Shown in pieces: positions 27,703-37,855 of a DNA stretch of 64,000 nt. The translations under genes and the position numbers were made by a program. The DNA is taken from the IMG/VR virus record IMGVR_UViG_3300042922_001018; one strand, written 5' to 3'. This DNA is from a virus. Lineage: Duplodnaviria > Heunggongvirae > Uroviricota > Caudoviricetes. Position 1 is the first letter of the stretch; each line of letters starts with the position of its first letter. Below the pieces are notes generated by a model. That model worked only from the letters and a program-made list of their open reading frames with translations. It was not told the DNA's origin and did no database searches.

Positions 27703-30700
27703 TTGGAGACATACGTGGAGCAGCTTCGCACTCCCTGGACAGCCCAGGATTACTACCCGTTCGTTCAGGGAGAGGGTGCTCGTAAGCTCGCGGATTCTGG
27801 TGTCGCGCCGCTTCTCGCCGTTGCTCGCGGGTACAAGACCATCGACAACGCGAACCTGAAGACCTCCCTCCAGTTCCTCGCGCTGAGCGGCACGACTTCC
27901 TGGGGCCGTAAGCTGAAGCAGCTCACCCCGGACGGCGAAGACGTTCTCTACCTCCCCTGGTACAACATCCAGCGCGTGTTCGAGGATGGCACCAACGCTC
28001 GTACGTCGTCGCGCCAGTTGCGGCCGTCGCAGCCGATGGAAGACCCGTCCACGGGCAAGATTCGCAAGTACGAGTTCCTTGCCGGAAGCGGCACGGTTCT
28101 CGACGCTCACCCTTCCACGCCGACCGAGTGGATTGAGTCGTCGCCGACGATTCTCTTCACGGAGGGTGTACTGAAGGGCGACTCGGCGCTCACCGCTCTG
28201 CTCCTGGCTTCGGGTGTCTCGGCAGACGACCTGGCCCACGCGAGCCTGCCCTCTGAGGCTGCCCGCATGAAGATGCAGGGTCTTCTCCTGAACGTTCCGC
28301 CGTCCCAGCGTGTGACCATCATCTCTTTCGCTGGTGTCGCCAACTGGCGCAACCAGCCGGAGTGGCGCACCATCTCGGTCAAGGACCGCGAGGCATGGGT
28401 GGCGTTCGACGGCGACGTGCGCACGAACCGTCAGGTGTGGAAGCAGGCTTCTGACCTGTGGACGTTCATCAAGGACGCGAAGCACGGCAAGCCTCGCCTG
28501 CTCGACTTCGATGGTGCTGCTGCGGGCATGCAGAAGATTTCGGTCGGCCTGGACGCTGAGACGAAGGTCGGTCTGGACGACTACCTGACGCGCGTGGGCA
28601 CCTGGGAAGACCTCGGCAAGACCATCCTCGAAGACTCCCTGCCTCCGGAGCCGGAGCGCGTCATCCGCGAGTCCAGCGACCCGGTAGGCGAAGTTCGTGT
28701 CACCGAAGACGGCGCCGCTGTCGAGCAGTTCAAGAAGGCATCCCTCGTCGAAATCGGTGCGGGTATGCCTCCTGTCCGCTGGGAGGTCGTTGCGAACGTC
28801 GGCGGTCGAGTCATCTCGGTTGAAACGCGCCGCGTCCCCGCCGCGGCTGAGGTCGAGTCGGGCGAGATTGACCGGAACATCGACGACGAGCAGTCGGAGA
28901 CGACCTGTGAAATCGAAATTTCCTGGTTCAACGACATCATCGGCGACGTGGACAAGGAGATTGTCCGCGGACCCGCGAACCTCCTGTCGATTCCGCCGAA
29001 GGACTGGCACAAGCACGCTTCTATCCCGCCGCGCGTTCAGCGCATTCCGGCGTGGCCCCCGCAGAAGGGCGCTGAGTGGCTCCAGGCCATCAAGTCGAAC
29101 CGCCAGGAAGAGACCAACATGCGCATGGCCTGGGACGTGATGGGTTGGGTTCCGGTCGAGAACGGGCACCCTGCATTCATCGTCGGTAACGACACGCTTG
29201 TCACCCCGAACGGCGATGCGAAGGCCATCGAGCGTGGCGTGAACGACCCCGGTTCCTCGAAGTTCGGCGTCATCGACGTGTACCCCGAGTGCAAGACGCT
29301 GGATGAGTACCGCGAGCAGGTTCGCGCGGACATTCGCGCTGTGGTCGCTGCCTTCCTCGACTCCGATGTCTGGCTGAACCGTTCGATGTCGGCCGCTGTG
29401 GTCGCGTCCATGCTGCGTCCGACGCTGCCCCTGCTCCCGCACGCGGTCAACTACCTCTACGGTCCCCCGCGCTCGGGTAAGACGTGGACGGCTGGCGCCA
29501 TCATGGCCGGGTGGAACAAGATTCCCGGCACGTGGTCGCCTGACCAGCTCCCCGGCCAGGCAACGGACACGAAGCCAGCCATCGAGCGCGACCTCTCGCG
29601 TCACCCCATCTGGGTGGCGGACGACCTTCCGCCGTCTGTTGACAAGCGGAAGGCTGAGAACGACGAGGCGAAAATCGGTGAGGTCATCCGTGCGGTGCAC
29701 AACGGTTCCGGCCGTCGTAAGATGAACGGTGAGGGTGGCGTTGCCACGGCAACCCCGCGCGCACTGTTCATCATCACCGCCGAGAACGAGCCGACGGTTC
29801 CTTCGGTCCGTGACCGAGTTCTGCTGCTGAACACGCCTCCGAAGGAGACGTTCGGCTCCACGGACCAGATGAACAAGCTGATGGACCTGGCGCAGAAGGA
29901 TGGCGCTCCGGCGCGTCTGACCGCGCACATGGTCCGTTACTGGCTGAACGCTACCTCGAACGAGTCGTGGGCATCCCGAGTGGCCGAACTGCGTGACACG
30001 TACGAGAGTGAGGTGCTGGAAGCATGCTTCGACCACCTCCAGGAGCACCACAACATCGCGCGTGGTGAGGCGACCCGTCACGGAAAGATGGCGTCTGACC
30101 TGGCGCTGTCGTTCCTGGTTCTCGGCCAGCTCGCGCTGTGGGCCGGTATCCCGCTGGATGACCCCATCGTGAAGAAGTGCTCGTTCGGTGAGGACACCTG
30201 GGTCGAGGATGTGTTCGAGCTGGCGGCTCAGGGCATCACGCGTCAGCGCGATTCGTCGCCGGGCGCAACCCTGGTCGAGTGCGTGGCTGGTGTGCTGCGC
30301 CTGGGCAAGGGCCACCTCCTCAACCCGATGGACCCGGCTGCACCGCCGTTCCAGGGCGAGAACGCTGCCATGATGAACCGCTTCGTCGGCTGGGCACCGG
30401 ACCCGAGTGGTCAGGGTACTCGTCCGCTGGGCGACATGCTCGGATACATCATGACTGACGCTGTGACGAACGAGCAGTTCGCCGTGTTCACGCCGGACGA
30501 GGCGTTCTCCGCAGCCCAGCGTCAGTACCCGAACAAGATTCTGTACGGACAGAATGCGAAGGTCGCGTGGGACTCGGTCTGGGCTGAGGGTCTGACGACC
30601 ACTGCCCGGTCGCGTCGCGATGGCCGTAACCCGCAGTTCCGCATCGGAATGAAGAGTTCCATCCGCGCCGTCCCGGTGCGCCTGGATGCTCTTGTGAAGT

Positions 30701-30717
30701 CGGCGGAGGACGAGTGA
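27703..30717 (+). CDS. TOPRIM (DUF3854-like) primase fused to a P-loop helicase-like domain; probable replication protein
   Basis: FTEGVLKG, VAFDGD and GLDDYL TOPRIM motifs; Walker A GPPRSGKT, WVADD, IITAE. Confidence 0.8.
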   Translation: METYVEQLRTPWTAQDYYPFVQGEGARKLADSGVAPLLAVARGYKTIDNANLKTSLQFLALSGTTSWGRKLKQLTPDGEDVLYLPWYNIQRVFEDGTNARTSSRQLRPSQPMEDPSTGKIRKYEFLAGSGTVLDAHPSTPTEWIESSPTILFTEGVLKGDSALTALLLASGVSADDLAHASLPSEAARMKMQGLLLNVPPSQRVTIISFAGVANWRNQPEWRTISVKDREAWVAFDGDVRTNRQVWKQASDLWTFIKDAKHGKPRLLDFDGAAAGMQKISVGLDAETKVGLDDYLTRVGTWEDLGKTILEDSLPPEPERVIRESSDPVGEVRVTEDGAAVEQFKKASLVEIGAGMPPVRWEVVANVGGRVISVETRRVPAAAEVESGEIDRNIDDEQSETTCEIEISWFNDIIGDVDKEIVRGPANLLSIPPKDWHKHASIPPRVQRIPAWPPQKGAEWLQAIKSNRQEETNMRMAWDVMGWVPVENGHPAFIVGNDTLVTPNGDAKAIERGVNDPGSSKFGVIDVYPECKTLDEYREQVRADIRAVVAAFLDSDVWLNRSMSAAVVASMLRPTLPLLPHAVNYLYGPPRSGKTWTAGAIMAGWNKIPGTWSPDQLPGQATDTKPAIERDLSRHPIWVADDLPPSVDKRKAENDEAKIGEVIRAVHNGSGRRKMNGEGGVATATPRALFIITAENEPTVPSVRDRVLLLNTPPKETFGSTDQMNKLMDLAQKDGAPARLTAHMVRYWLNATSNESWASRVAELRDTYESEVLEACFDHLQEHHNIARGEATRHGKMASDLALSFLVLGQLALWAGIPLDDPIVKKCSFGEDTWVEDVFELAAQGITRQRDSSPGATLVECVAGVLRLGKGHLLNPMDPAAPPFQGENAAMMNRFVGWAPDPSGQGTRPLGDMLGYIMTDAVTNEQFAVFTPDEAFSAAQRQYPNKILYGQNAKVAWDSVWAEGLTTTARSRRDGRNPQFRIGMKSSIRAVPVRLDALVKSAEDE

Positions 30718-31229
30718 TGGTCAACGCGAACAAGCAGAAGGGCGACCGGGCGGAGCGCGAGGCAGTGGAGGCGCTTGTCTCCATGTCCTCGGGTCTCCGG
30801 CTCACGCCTCTCCAGATGCGCGCTCTCGGTGCGGGGCGCAAGGAGGACACGGGCGACATCCATGTGTTCCCCGATGTCGCCATCCAGGTGAAGAACTACG
30901 CTGCGGCGCGGTTGAACGCGGGTATCCGCGAAGCTGCTGTCGGTGCGGTGCGGCAGGCTGCGAACGGCCTGCTGAGCTATCACCTTGGCATGACTGTCAT
31001 CCCCCGCGCTCGGAAGGACGGTCTCCGCTGGGTGGCTTCGGCTGTGACCTGGGTTGCGCCGGTTGAGCCGGAAACTGTAGTCGCGAACCCCACAGCAGCA
31101 TTGGAGCTGGTGAAGAAAAGCCCCTTCTCCCTGATTCTTGTCCAGCGCAAGGGCACCGAGGACATCCTGGTATCGTCTCTGGACCGATGGATGGACGACT
31201 ACCGCACCGTGAAATCGCTGGGCCTGTAA
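30717..31229 (+). CDS. Holliday junction resolvase-like PD-(D/E)XK nuclease
   Basis: NKQKGDRAERE...GDI...IQVKN. Confidence 0.75.
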   Translation: MVNANKQKGDRAEREAVEALVSMSSGLRLTPLQMRALGAGRKEDTGDIHVFPDVAIQVKNYAAARLNAGIREAAVGAVRQAANGLLSYHLGMTVIPRARKDGLRWVASAVTWVAPVEPETVVANPTAALELVKKSPFSLILVQRKGTEDILVSSLDRWMDDYRTVKSLGL

Positions 31230-31250
31230 GGCGTGGTGTACACTATTCAC

Positions 31251-32108
31251 ATGAGTACGACGGATGAAATGACGCCCGAACCTACGAGCACGTACCCTGC
31301 GGTTGACAACCCGGCAACCGACAACAGTCCGCCGACCCCTGAGCCGATGGACGATGTTACCGGCGGCGGTGGCTTCTCCTGGGACGACAACGGTTTCGTG
31401 GACCTCTCGAACACCGACCGGTACCCGTTCGTCCAGCCCGAATGGGGCGACGGCTTCTACCTGACCCAGACGTACGACTTCACTCCGTTCATCGCGGCGG
31501 CAGTGGGCCTCCTGGCTCTCTTCGTCGCTGGGTGGTTCATCTGGGGGAGCTTCCGCAAGCAGGTTGCTGCTGTCGAAGCTCTTGGGGACAACGCCGCCGA
31601 GCCTGCTCCTGAGACGCTGAAGGCGAAGAAGCGTGAACGACTGATTTCCGCTATCCTCTCCGGCGGTGTCGCGGCGTCGCTCATCATGACTGCCATCCTG
31701 TCGATGCTCTCCGTTCTCGACCTTCGCGGTTCGCAGGTCGATGAGTTCGGCGAGTGGGCTGCGGAGCGCTACCCGACGGCACTCATCTCTCGTGACCAGG
31801 CCGAAGCTCTTCTGTACGGCCAGCCTGCACTCATCCAGCAGGCCGGTTACGGCGTCTCGGTCTCTCTCGAACTGGGTTACGACGGCGGCTACTACCTCGT
31901 GGGCGAAGGCAGCTCCACCGAGGTGAACACCGCGGGTGTCCCCAGCTCGGGCAACGTCGAAGTTCCTGTGAACCCAGAGACCGGTACCAACGCTCCCGCT
32001 GACGGTAGCGGGGACAACGGTTTCGAGCAGCCTGACCAGGGGGACGTGGACCTTCCCGCTCCCGGTAGCACGGGCAGCACGGGTACCACGGAGACTGACT
32101 CCGAGTAA
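31251..32108 (+). CDS. Two-TM membrane protein with acidic disordered termini
   Basis: TACACT-6nt-ATG; two hydrophobic helices. Confidence 0.7.
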   Translation: MSTTDEMTPEPTSTYPAVDNPATDNSPPTPEPMDDVTGGGGFSWDDNGFVDLSNTDRYPFVQPEWGDGFYLTQTYDFTPFIAAAVGLLALFVAGWFIWGSFRKQVAAVEALGDNAAEPAPETLKAKKRERLISAILSGGVAASLIMTAILSMLSVLDLRGSQVDEFGEWAAERYPTALISRDQAEALLYGQPALIQQAGYGVSVSLELGYDGGYYLVGEGSSTEVNTAGVPSSGNVEVPVNPETGTNAPADGSGDNGFEQPDQGDVDLPAPGSTGSTGTTETDSE

Positions 32109-32119
32109 CCGCGAGCCAC

Positions 32120-32884
32120 ATGAAACTTGCAGACCCAGTGTCGGTAGACCCGACACTCCCACCATCGCGGCCAGCAATCGTCCTGGGCCTGCTTACTGAA
32201 GCTCGTGTCAACGGCTGGAGCCGAGAACTCACGGCAGATATCCTTCGTGAAGGCGTCGCCCTGTACAAGCCACTCGCTAAGAGGCTAGGGTTCGCTCCCG
32301 AAGAACTGATGTCCCTCCTGTGGGAGTTCTGGCAGGATGCTGTGCCCGATGATGCACTCCTCGATAACACAGCGGCATTCATCTACCGTACGCTTGCGCG
32401 CGAAGCTTCGGCGCAGGTCCGCTTGACCAGTGTCGAAGGTACCCGGCGTGTCGGCGCGAAGGACTTCCTCGTTGTCGCTATTCCGGCGAATGATGCTGAT
32501 GTTCCCACCGTAGGTTCCGCTGGTGAAGATGATGAGGAGCTTCCTCTATCTTCGACAGGAACGATTGCAGTTCGGCACATCCTCATCGCGGCCGGTTTGG
32601 ATGAGGATGCGGCGACTGGGCTAGTCGAGGCCGTTGTTGACCAACTGGTCACGAGCAGCTCTCTTCAAGGGGCCATCAAGCAGCTCGGAAAAGACGGAGC
32701 GATGGCCGGTCGTTTGGGCTTGTCGCTCGCTCAGTGGCGTGCCATCGTTGGGCTAGTATTGGGTACGCCAAGAGGCCAGCCTGGATTGTATGAACTCGTC
32801 TCCAGGGGCCACCCGAACCCGAGGCGCTTGAACTACGTCAAGCGTCAGATAGCGAGACTTCTGGAGCATGACTCTACCAACTGA
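32120..32884 (+). CDS. Hypothetical protein, possible C-terminal HTH
   Basis: Operonic ORF; MAGRLGLSLAQWRAIV. Confidence 0.6.
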   Translation: MKLADPVSVDPTLPPSRPAIVLGLLTEARVNGWSRELTADILREGVALYKPLAKRLGFAPEELMSLLWEFWQDAVPDDALLDNTAAFIYRTLAREASAQVRLTSVEGTRRVGAKDFLVVAIPANDADVPTVGSAGEDDEELPLSSTGTIAVRHILIAAGLDEDAATGLVEAVVDQLVTSSSLQGAIKQLGKDGAMAGRLGLSLAQWRAIVGLVLGTPRGQPGLYELVSRGHPNPRRLNYVKRQIARLLEHDSTN

Positions 32885-33356
32885 TTTCCTGGTAGCCGTC
32901 TCTGCGTGGCCTGCGCTTGGCATCATCCAGAAGGCGCACGGTGCTACGGCAGCGCGGAACCTGCACAAGTTCTTGGTGGACCTCCAGGCTTCGGAGCCTG
33001 AGCGGATGTCGGCGGAGAAGGCAGCTCTTGACGCTGTCTGGGGCGTTCCGAGTTCGCTGCCTCAGATTCGCGAGAACGTCTTCGAGATGTCTCAGCAGAT
33101 AAGCGACATCTCTCGTTGCTGGGACAAGGAGAGCCTCGCTCTTGTGGCGCCGGAGTTGCCTCTGGGCACGCGAATCGTGTGGCTTCGCCTTGCTACTCAG
33201 CTCGATGCTGTGGCCAGCGAAATCCGCGAAGTGATGGCCGATTCTTCCCGTTCTCGTGGTGCTGACGATGTGCTAAACTATAGTGGACCGTCCACGACCG
33301 TGCACGCTTCCGTGGTGGATGGCGCTCACACGGATAACCAGGGGTACTTACTATGA
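32868..33356 (+). CDS. Hypothetical protein
   Basis: Overlaps both neighbours; GGAG RBS. Confidence 0.6.
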   Translation: MTLPTDFLVAVSAWPALGIIQKAHGATAARNLHKFLVDLQASEPERMSAEKAALDAVWGVPSSLPQIRENVFEMSQQISDISRCWDKESLALVAPELPLGTRIVWLRLATQLDAVASEIREVMADSSRSRGADDVLNYSGPSTTVHASVVDGAHTDNQGYLL

Positions 33357-34510
33357 CGGAACAAGCGATTGTCTGGCTCGACAGGCTGGTGGACATGGCC
33401 GTCGAGTATCGCATCTCCGACCTCCATCTCCGCTTCGTCGATGACAACCCTCCGACGCTTACGGTTCGTGCTCGCCGCGACGGACAGCTCGTGCAGTGGG
33501 GTGAACCTCTGGTCGGTCAGGTAGCTCGCGCTGTCACCCTCCGCATCAAGTCTCTCGCGAACGTCGGTTCAGGTCAAATCCGCAAGGCGGAGGAAGGCCG
33601 GTATCCTCACCGACTCGGTTCCGGGAAGATTCCGGAGAACACGTTCGAGAACGTGTATGAGGATGAGGTGAAGAAGCTGCCTCGGATGGAGCTTCGTCTC
33701 GCCGTGCTGCCTACGGGTCGCGGTGAGACGATGATTATGCGTCTCCCGAGCGTTTCAGCAATCCCTGCCCTCAGCGACCTCGGGTTCTCGACCCACAACT
33801 ACAACGTCCTCCAGAAGCTCTTCGGTTTCGCGAACGGGTTGACTCTGTTCGCTGGTCCGATGGGTGCTGGTAAGACGACGAGTATGTACTCGGCTCTGAC
33901 CTATCTCGGTGGCGCCGACAAGGCCGTCTACTCGGTGGAAGACCCCATCGAGCGATTCCTCGACGACGTTGAGCAAATCGAGGTCAACGAAGAGGCGGGT
34001 AACGACTACAAGTCCATCCTTCGTTCTATGCGACGAGCGGACCTTCAGGTCATGCTCCTCGGTGAGATTCGAGACCGCGACACTTCGATGGCGGCTATCC
34101 AGATTTCCATTGCTGGTGCGCGAGTCATCTCCTCCATCCACGCTAACGACTCGGTCGGCGCGATGGAGGCCATGGTGACGCTTTCTGGCGCACCGCCCCT
34201 CCAGGTTCTCCAGTCTCTCCGTGGTGTCGTGTCTCAGCGTCTTGTGAAGACGCTGTGTAAGGCGTGCAACAAGGCCGGATGCCAGGAGTGCATGGGCACC
34301 GGCTACCGCGGCCGTGCGGCCATTCACGAGGTTCTCCACATCACACCTGAGCTGTCCTCGCTGATGGTCCGAGGCGCGCCCCGTCACAAGCTGCTGGAGA
34401 TGGCGAAGGAACAGGGGATGATGGCTCTGGAAGAGGATGCGAAGCGTCTTCTCAGCCAGAACCTCACCGACTGGGACGCTGTCAACGAGGTTCTCGGCGC
34501 GGGCGAGTAA
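33353..34510 (+). CDS. pilB: Type IV pilus assembly ATPase (GspE/PilB family, short form)
   Basis: SDLH, GPMGAGKTT, SVEDPIE, LLGEIRD, SIHAND, QRLVKTLC, CxxC..CxxC.GTGYRGR.AIHE. Confidence 0.9.
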   Translation: MTEQAIVWLDRLVDMAVEYRISDLHLRFVDDNPPTLTVRARRDGQLVQWGEPLVGQVARAVTLRIKSLANVGSGQIRKAEEGRYPHRLGSGKIPENTFENVYEDEVKKLPRMELRLAVLPTGRGETMIMRLPSVSAIPALSDLGFSTHNYNVLQKLFGFANGLTLFAGPMGAGKTTSMYSALTYLGGADKAVYSVEDPIERFLDDVEQIEVNEEAGNDYKSILRSMRRADLQVMLLGEIRDRDTSMAAIQISIAGARVISSIHANDSVGAMEAMVTLSGAPPLQVLQSLRGVVSQRLVKTLCKACNKAGCQECMGTGYRGRAAIHEVLHITPELSSLMVRGAPRHKLLEMAKEQGMMALEEDAKRLLSQNLTDWDAVNEVLGAGE

Positions 34511-34586
34511 CCCGCGTACCGCGCTCAGTTCACAGGCCTCTCAGCGGTAGAGTATTACACGACTTCCCTAACAGAAAGACGTGTAA

Positions 34587-36125
34587 ATGTCAACTGATTC
34601 CGTATGGGGCGGTGCTCCGTCCGCCGAGGCGTTCCCGCCCCCGCAGCAGCGAGAGCCGCACCCCGTTCAGGTTCCCACACCTGTTCCCCAGCAGGCCGTC
34701 CAGCCACAGCCGCTCACCAGGGCTGAACAGCGCCAGGCCGCAGCCTCGGTCGCGGCGCCTACCCCGGTTCCGGTGCCCGTCCCGGTCCCTCAGCCAGTCG
34801 CTCCTGACGCCGCGCCGCAGGCAGCTCCCGCAGCTCCTCAGCCCGTAGCTCCCCAGCCTGTCGCCGCCGCTCCTGCTCCGGTGGCAGCCCAGCCGCCGCA
34901 GCAGGTACAGCCGCTTCAGACGGTGAAGGTCGGAGAGGCCGCAGCGCGGTTCACGGAGGCACAGCTCGGTGGTGCGCGCGTGAAGTTCGAGCACATCATC
35001 GGTGTCGCGGCCGGTATGGGTGTCTCGGACATCCACATCGTTGGCGACTCGCCTCTTCGTGTGCAGAAGGCGGGTGCTGTTGTGACCATCGACGGCATCT
35101 ACGTCACGAACCAGGAAATCCTGATGTTCGTCGAGATGTACGGCAAGCAGCGCGGTGGTGCACACGAACTGGAACACGGCCGGAAGGGAACAGTCGAGTG
35201 TATGACGCAGGTCGGCGATGTCCGACTGCGTATGACGTACGTCCGCGAGGTTCACGGATTCGGCTGCACCGCTCGTATCGTGCCGGGTGACCCGCCCAGC
35301 ATCCACAGCGGCGTATTCGAGGACAACCCGATTCCGCAGAAGCTCATCGACATCACGATGGGCACCCGTGGCGGTGGCCTCATCATCGCAGAGGGACCGA
35401 CGGGTTCTGGTAAGACGACGCTCATCGCAGCTCTGCTGCGCGAGGTGAACGACAACCTCGAACGTCACATCTACACCATCGAAGACCCCATCGAGTTCTT
35501 GCACCGCTCGAACCGTTCGCTGGTTACCCAGCGCGAGGTCGGCGAGCACGCGGAGTCCATCCCGAGCGCTCTGCGTACTTCGCTGAGGTACAAGCCGCAC
35601 ATCATTCTCGTCGGTGAGCTTCTGGACCTGGAGACGGTCAAGGGCGCTATCGAAGCGGCGAACAAGGGTCACCTCATCTTCGCGACCTCGCACGCCTCGT
35701 CGGCGGAGGAAGGCGTCTCGGCGCTGGTGAACCAGTTCCCCGGTTCCGAGCAGAAGCAGATTCAGGTGGCCCTCTCGCAGGCGTTGAAGGCGGTCGTGGT
35801 GCAGCGACTCATCCCTCGTGTCGGCGGCGGTCTCGTACCGGCTCGTGAGCTTCTGCTGAACACCATCCCGGTGGCACTGAAGATTCGCGAGGGTAGCTTC
35901 CAGCAGCTCTCCCAGGCTATGAAGCCGACGGACAACATGTTCAAGTTCGAGAACGACCTGGCGCGCCTCATCCACGAGGGTCTGGTGGATGTCGAAGACG
36001 CGAAGCAGTTCGCGAACGACCGCAAGGAGCTGTACTCCAACGTGGACATGTACGTCCGCGAGCACGGCATGGACGCTCGCGTTCGTGAGCTGTTCACGGA
36101 TGACGAGAAGGGCATCGCGCGGTAA
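34587..36125 (+). CDS. pilT: Type IV pilus retraction ATPase with Pro/Gln-rich N-terminal extension
   Basis: SDIH, GPTGSGKTT, HIYTIEDPIEF, VTQREVG, ALRTSLRYKP.IILVGE, GHLIFATSH. Confidence 0.9.
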   Translation: MSTDSVWGGAPSAEAFPPPQQREPHPVQVPTPVPQQAVQPQPLTRAEQRQAAASVAAPTPVPVPVPVPQPVAPDAAPQAAPAAPQPVAPQPVAAAPAPVAAQPPQQVQPLQTVKVGEAAARFTEAQLGGARVKFEHIIGVAAGMGVSDIHIVGDSPLRVQKAGAVVTIDGIYVTNQEILMFVEMYGKQRGGAHELEHGRKGTVECMTQVGDVRLRMTYVREVHGFGCTARIVPGDPPSIHSGVFEDNPIPQKLIDITMGTRGGGLIIAEGPTGSGKTTLIAALLREVNDNLERHIYTIEDPIEFLHRSNRSLVTQREVGEHAESIPSALRTSLRYKPHIILVGELLDLETVKGAIEAANKGHLIFATSHASSAEEGVSALVNQFPGSEQKQIQVALSQALKAVVVQRLIPRVGGGLVPARELLLNTIPVALKIREGSFQQLSQAMKPTDNMFKFENDLARLIHEGLVDVEDAKQFANDRKELYSNVDMYVREHGMDARVRELFTDDEKGIAR

Positions 36126-36139
36126 TCCCGCAGCCAGAC

Positions 36140-36190
36140 AAGCAGTCTGCCCGCCACCGGCCGTTTGGTCAGGTGGCGGGCAGACTGCTT
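36140..36190 (+). terminator. Hairpin after pilT
   Basis: 19-bp arms AAGCAGTCTGCCCGCCACC / GGTGGCGGGCAGACTGCTT. Confidence 0.7.
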
Positions 36191-36218
36191 TAGGGAAAGT
36201 CCCTGGTATGCTGGCAGC

Positions 36219-36686
36219 ATGAACTCTTTCGCCCGTGGCTCAATCTTCGTCGTCAGCTCCATCATCGGTCTTACCGCGCTGGTCGGATGCACGTCTTCGA
36301 CCCCGGCTCCGGTAGCGACCACTGAGACACCGATTTCGAGTGGCATTTATGTGGAGGCTCTGGCGACTGCCTTCCCCTCTGCGACTGAGATTGTCGCGTC
36401 CTCCGGAGGGACCGCCCCAACACCGGAGCTGACAGTTTTCGTCACCGTCCTGCCCGAGACAGAAGTCGGCCCGGAACAGGTACGTAGCGCTGTCGATGCG
36501 GTCTGCGACGTGGATGAGGGAGCGCACCGGCTTCTCTCGCTCTCAGTGGCCCGTGAAGGGTCGGAGAGCGGCATCTTGACGCCAGAGGACTACATCGACA
36601 CAGAAGCTCTCCTGGACGCTGCATTCCCCGAGGAGGGCAAGGTCTCGGCCAGCGGCATTGTCGTGCTGGAAGAGGCTTGCGCCTGA
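36219..36686 (+). CDS. Lipoprotein
   Basis: Lipobox LVGC; TATGCT-6nt-ATG. Confidence 0.75.
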   Translation: MNSFARGSIFVVSSIIGLTALVGCTSSTPAPVATTETPISSGIYVEALATAFPSATEIVASSGGTAPTPELTVFVTVLPETEVGPEQVRSAVDAVCDVDEGAHRLLSLSVAREGSESGILTPEDYIDTEALLDAAFPEEGKVSASGIVVLEEACA

Positions 36687-36752
36687 CCGCGCGTCCAGTT
36701 TCAATGAGTGGCCTCGGTAAACTGAACCGAGCGCCTGAACCGGAGATTTCGC

Positions 36753-37217
36753 ATGCCTTTTGAACCTGACTATGAGTCGAGCTTGTCGTACCGGCCTCCG
36801 GGCGTGAAGGAACGCAACACTGCACGTTTCGTGGGTGCCCTCCTGGTGCTCATCGCTATCGGCATTGTCGTGTGCGGCTTCTTCTTGGAGACACAGTCGG
36901 AGCCGGTCCGGTCGCAGGGGACCGAAGCGGTAGGCACGCTGGAGAGCTTCAAGTACGTCGAGAACGAGGGGTACTACGCGGAGGTGCGGTTCAACGATGC
37001 GGCCGGGAACACCCACGTAGCTACCGCTCGCGAACCGATGTTCACTCAGAGCGCACGCCTTCTGGACCAGCCGTACACAGTCTTCTACAGCGGCGGAGAG
37101 CCTCCGGCGACGTTCATTGAAGGGTTGGACCCGACGATGCCGCTGTGGCCGTTCTTCGCAGGAGGCGGCTTCGTCGGCCTCCTGGGCATCGTGTTCCTGA
37201 TGAAGCCTAAGCGGTAG
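36753..37217 (+). CDS. Two-TM DUF3592-like protein
   Basis: TM - G.EAVGT...EVRF.D..G...VFY - TM. Confidence 0.65.
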   Translation: MPFEPDYESSLSYRPPGVKERNTARFVGALLVLIAIGIVVCGFFLETQSEPVRSQGTEAVGTLESFKYVENEGYYAEVRFNDAAGNTHVATAREPMFTQSARLLDQPYTVFYSGGEPPATFIEGLDPTMPLWPFFAGGGFVGLLGIVFLMKPKR

Positions 37218-37264
37218 TCGAAACTTCGTTCACTCTGCGAGCACCCCTCTATTACCATGAGGGT

Positions 37265-37855
37265 ATGAAGATTCGCAAGTTTGTACCTTTGACCGGTCTT
37301 GTTCTGGCCGCGTCGTTGGGTCTTGCGGGTTGCGCTCCGTCTGAGGCTCCCGCCCCGGACACGACTGCTACAGCCCCGGTTGTTCAGACTCCGGAGGTCG
37401 GAGGAACCGTAGACGCGGCGCAGGCGGAGGGCTTGAACGGTGGCGCCGTCCCCGGTCTTCGTGCCTACGCGATGCAGGACGGTACGTTCCTCGTCGTCTC
37501 GGAGACTGAACCACTCCCCGAAGCGGTACTCGCCGACATGGAGGCGCGCGTTGCTGCTGTACCTCTTGCAACGGACACCGCGTCATCGGCGGAAGTGGAT
37601 GCCCAGCTCAGCGGGTTCGTATTCGATGCTCGGGAGCAGACTGGGAAAGACATCGTCGTCCTGACGTACTCGTGGTACCCGATTGGGGTGGACGTGGATG
37701 CTCCGACGCAGGAGCGCTGGGTCCACATGGGGGATGTCGAGGGCGTCACTGACCCCATGGGGGACATCACGATTCGTACTCGCGAAGAGTACAGGGCGAT
37801 GCTGGACGCGGCTCAGGCTAACGACCCGAACATCGTCATCATCGAACACGGGTGA
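37265..37855 (+). CDS. Lipoprotein paralog 1
   Basis: LAGC lipobox; YAMQDGTFLVV...PLPE. Confidence 0.8.
   Translation: MKIRKFVPLTGLVLAASLGLAGCAPSEAPAPDTTATAPVVQTPEVGGTVDAAQAEGLNGGAVPGLRAYAMQDGTFLVVSETEPLPEAVLADMEARVAAVPLATDTASSAEVDAQLSGFVFDAREQTGKDIVVLTYSWYPIGVDVDAPTQERWVHMGDVEGVTDPMGDITIRTREEYRAMLDAAQANDPNIVIIEHG

Noticed and set aside
27358-30315. 985-aa minus-strand ORF
   Set aside because: Antisense shadow of the primase-helicase, typical of high-GC3 DNA; no motifs.
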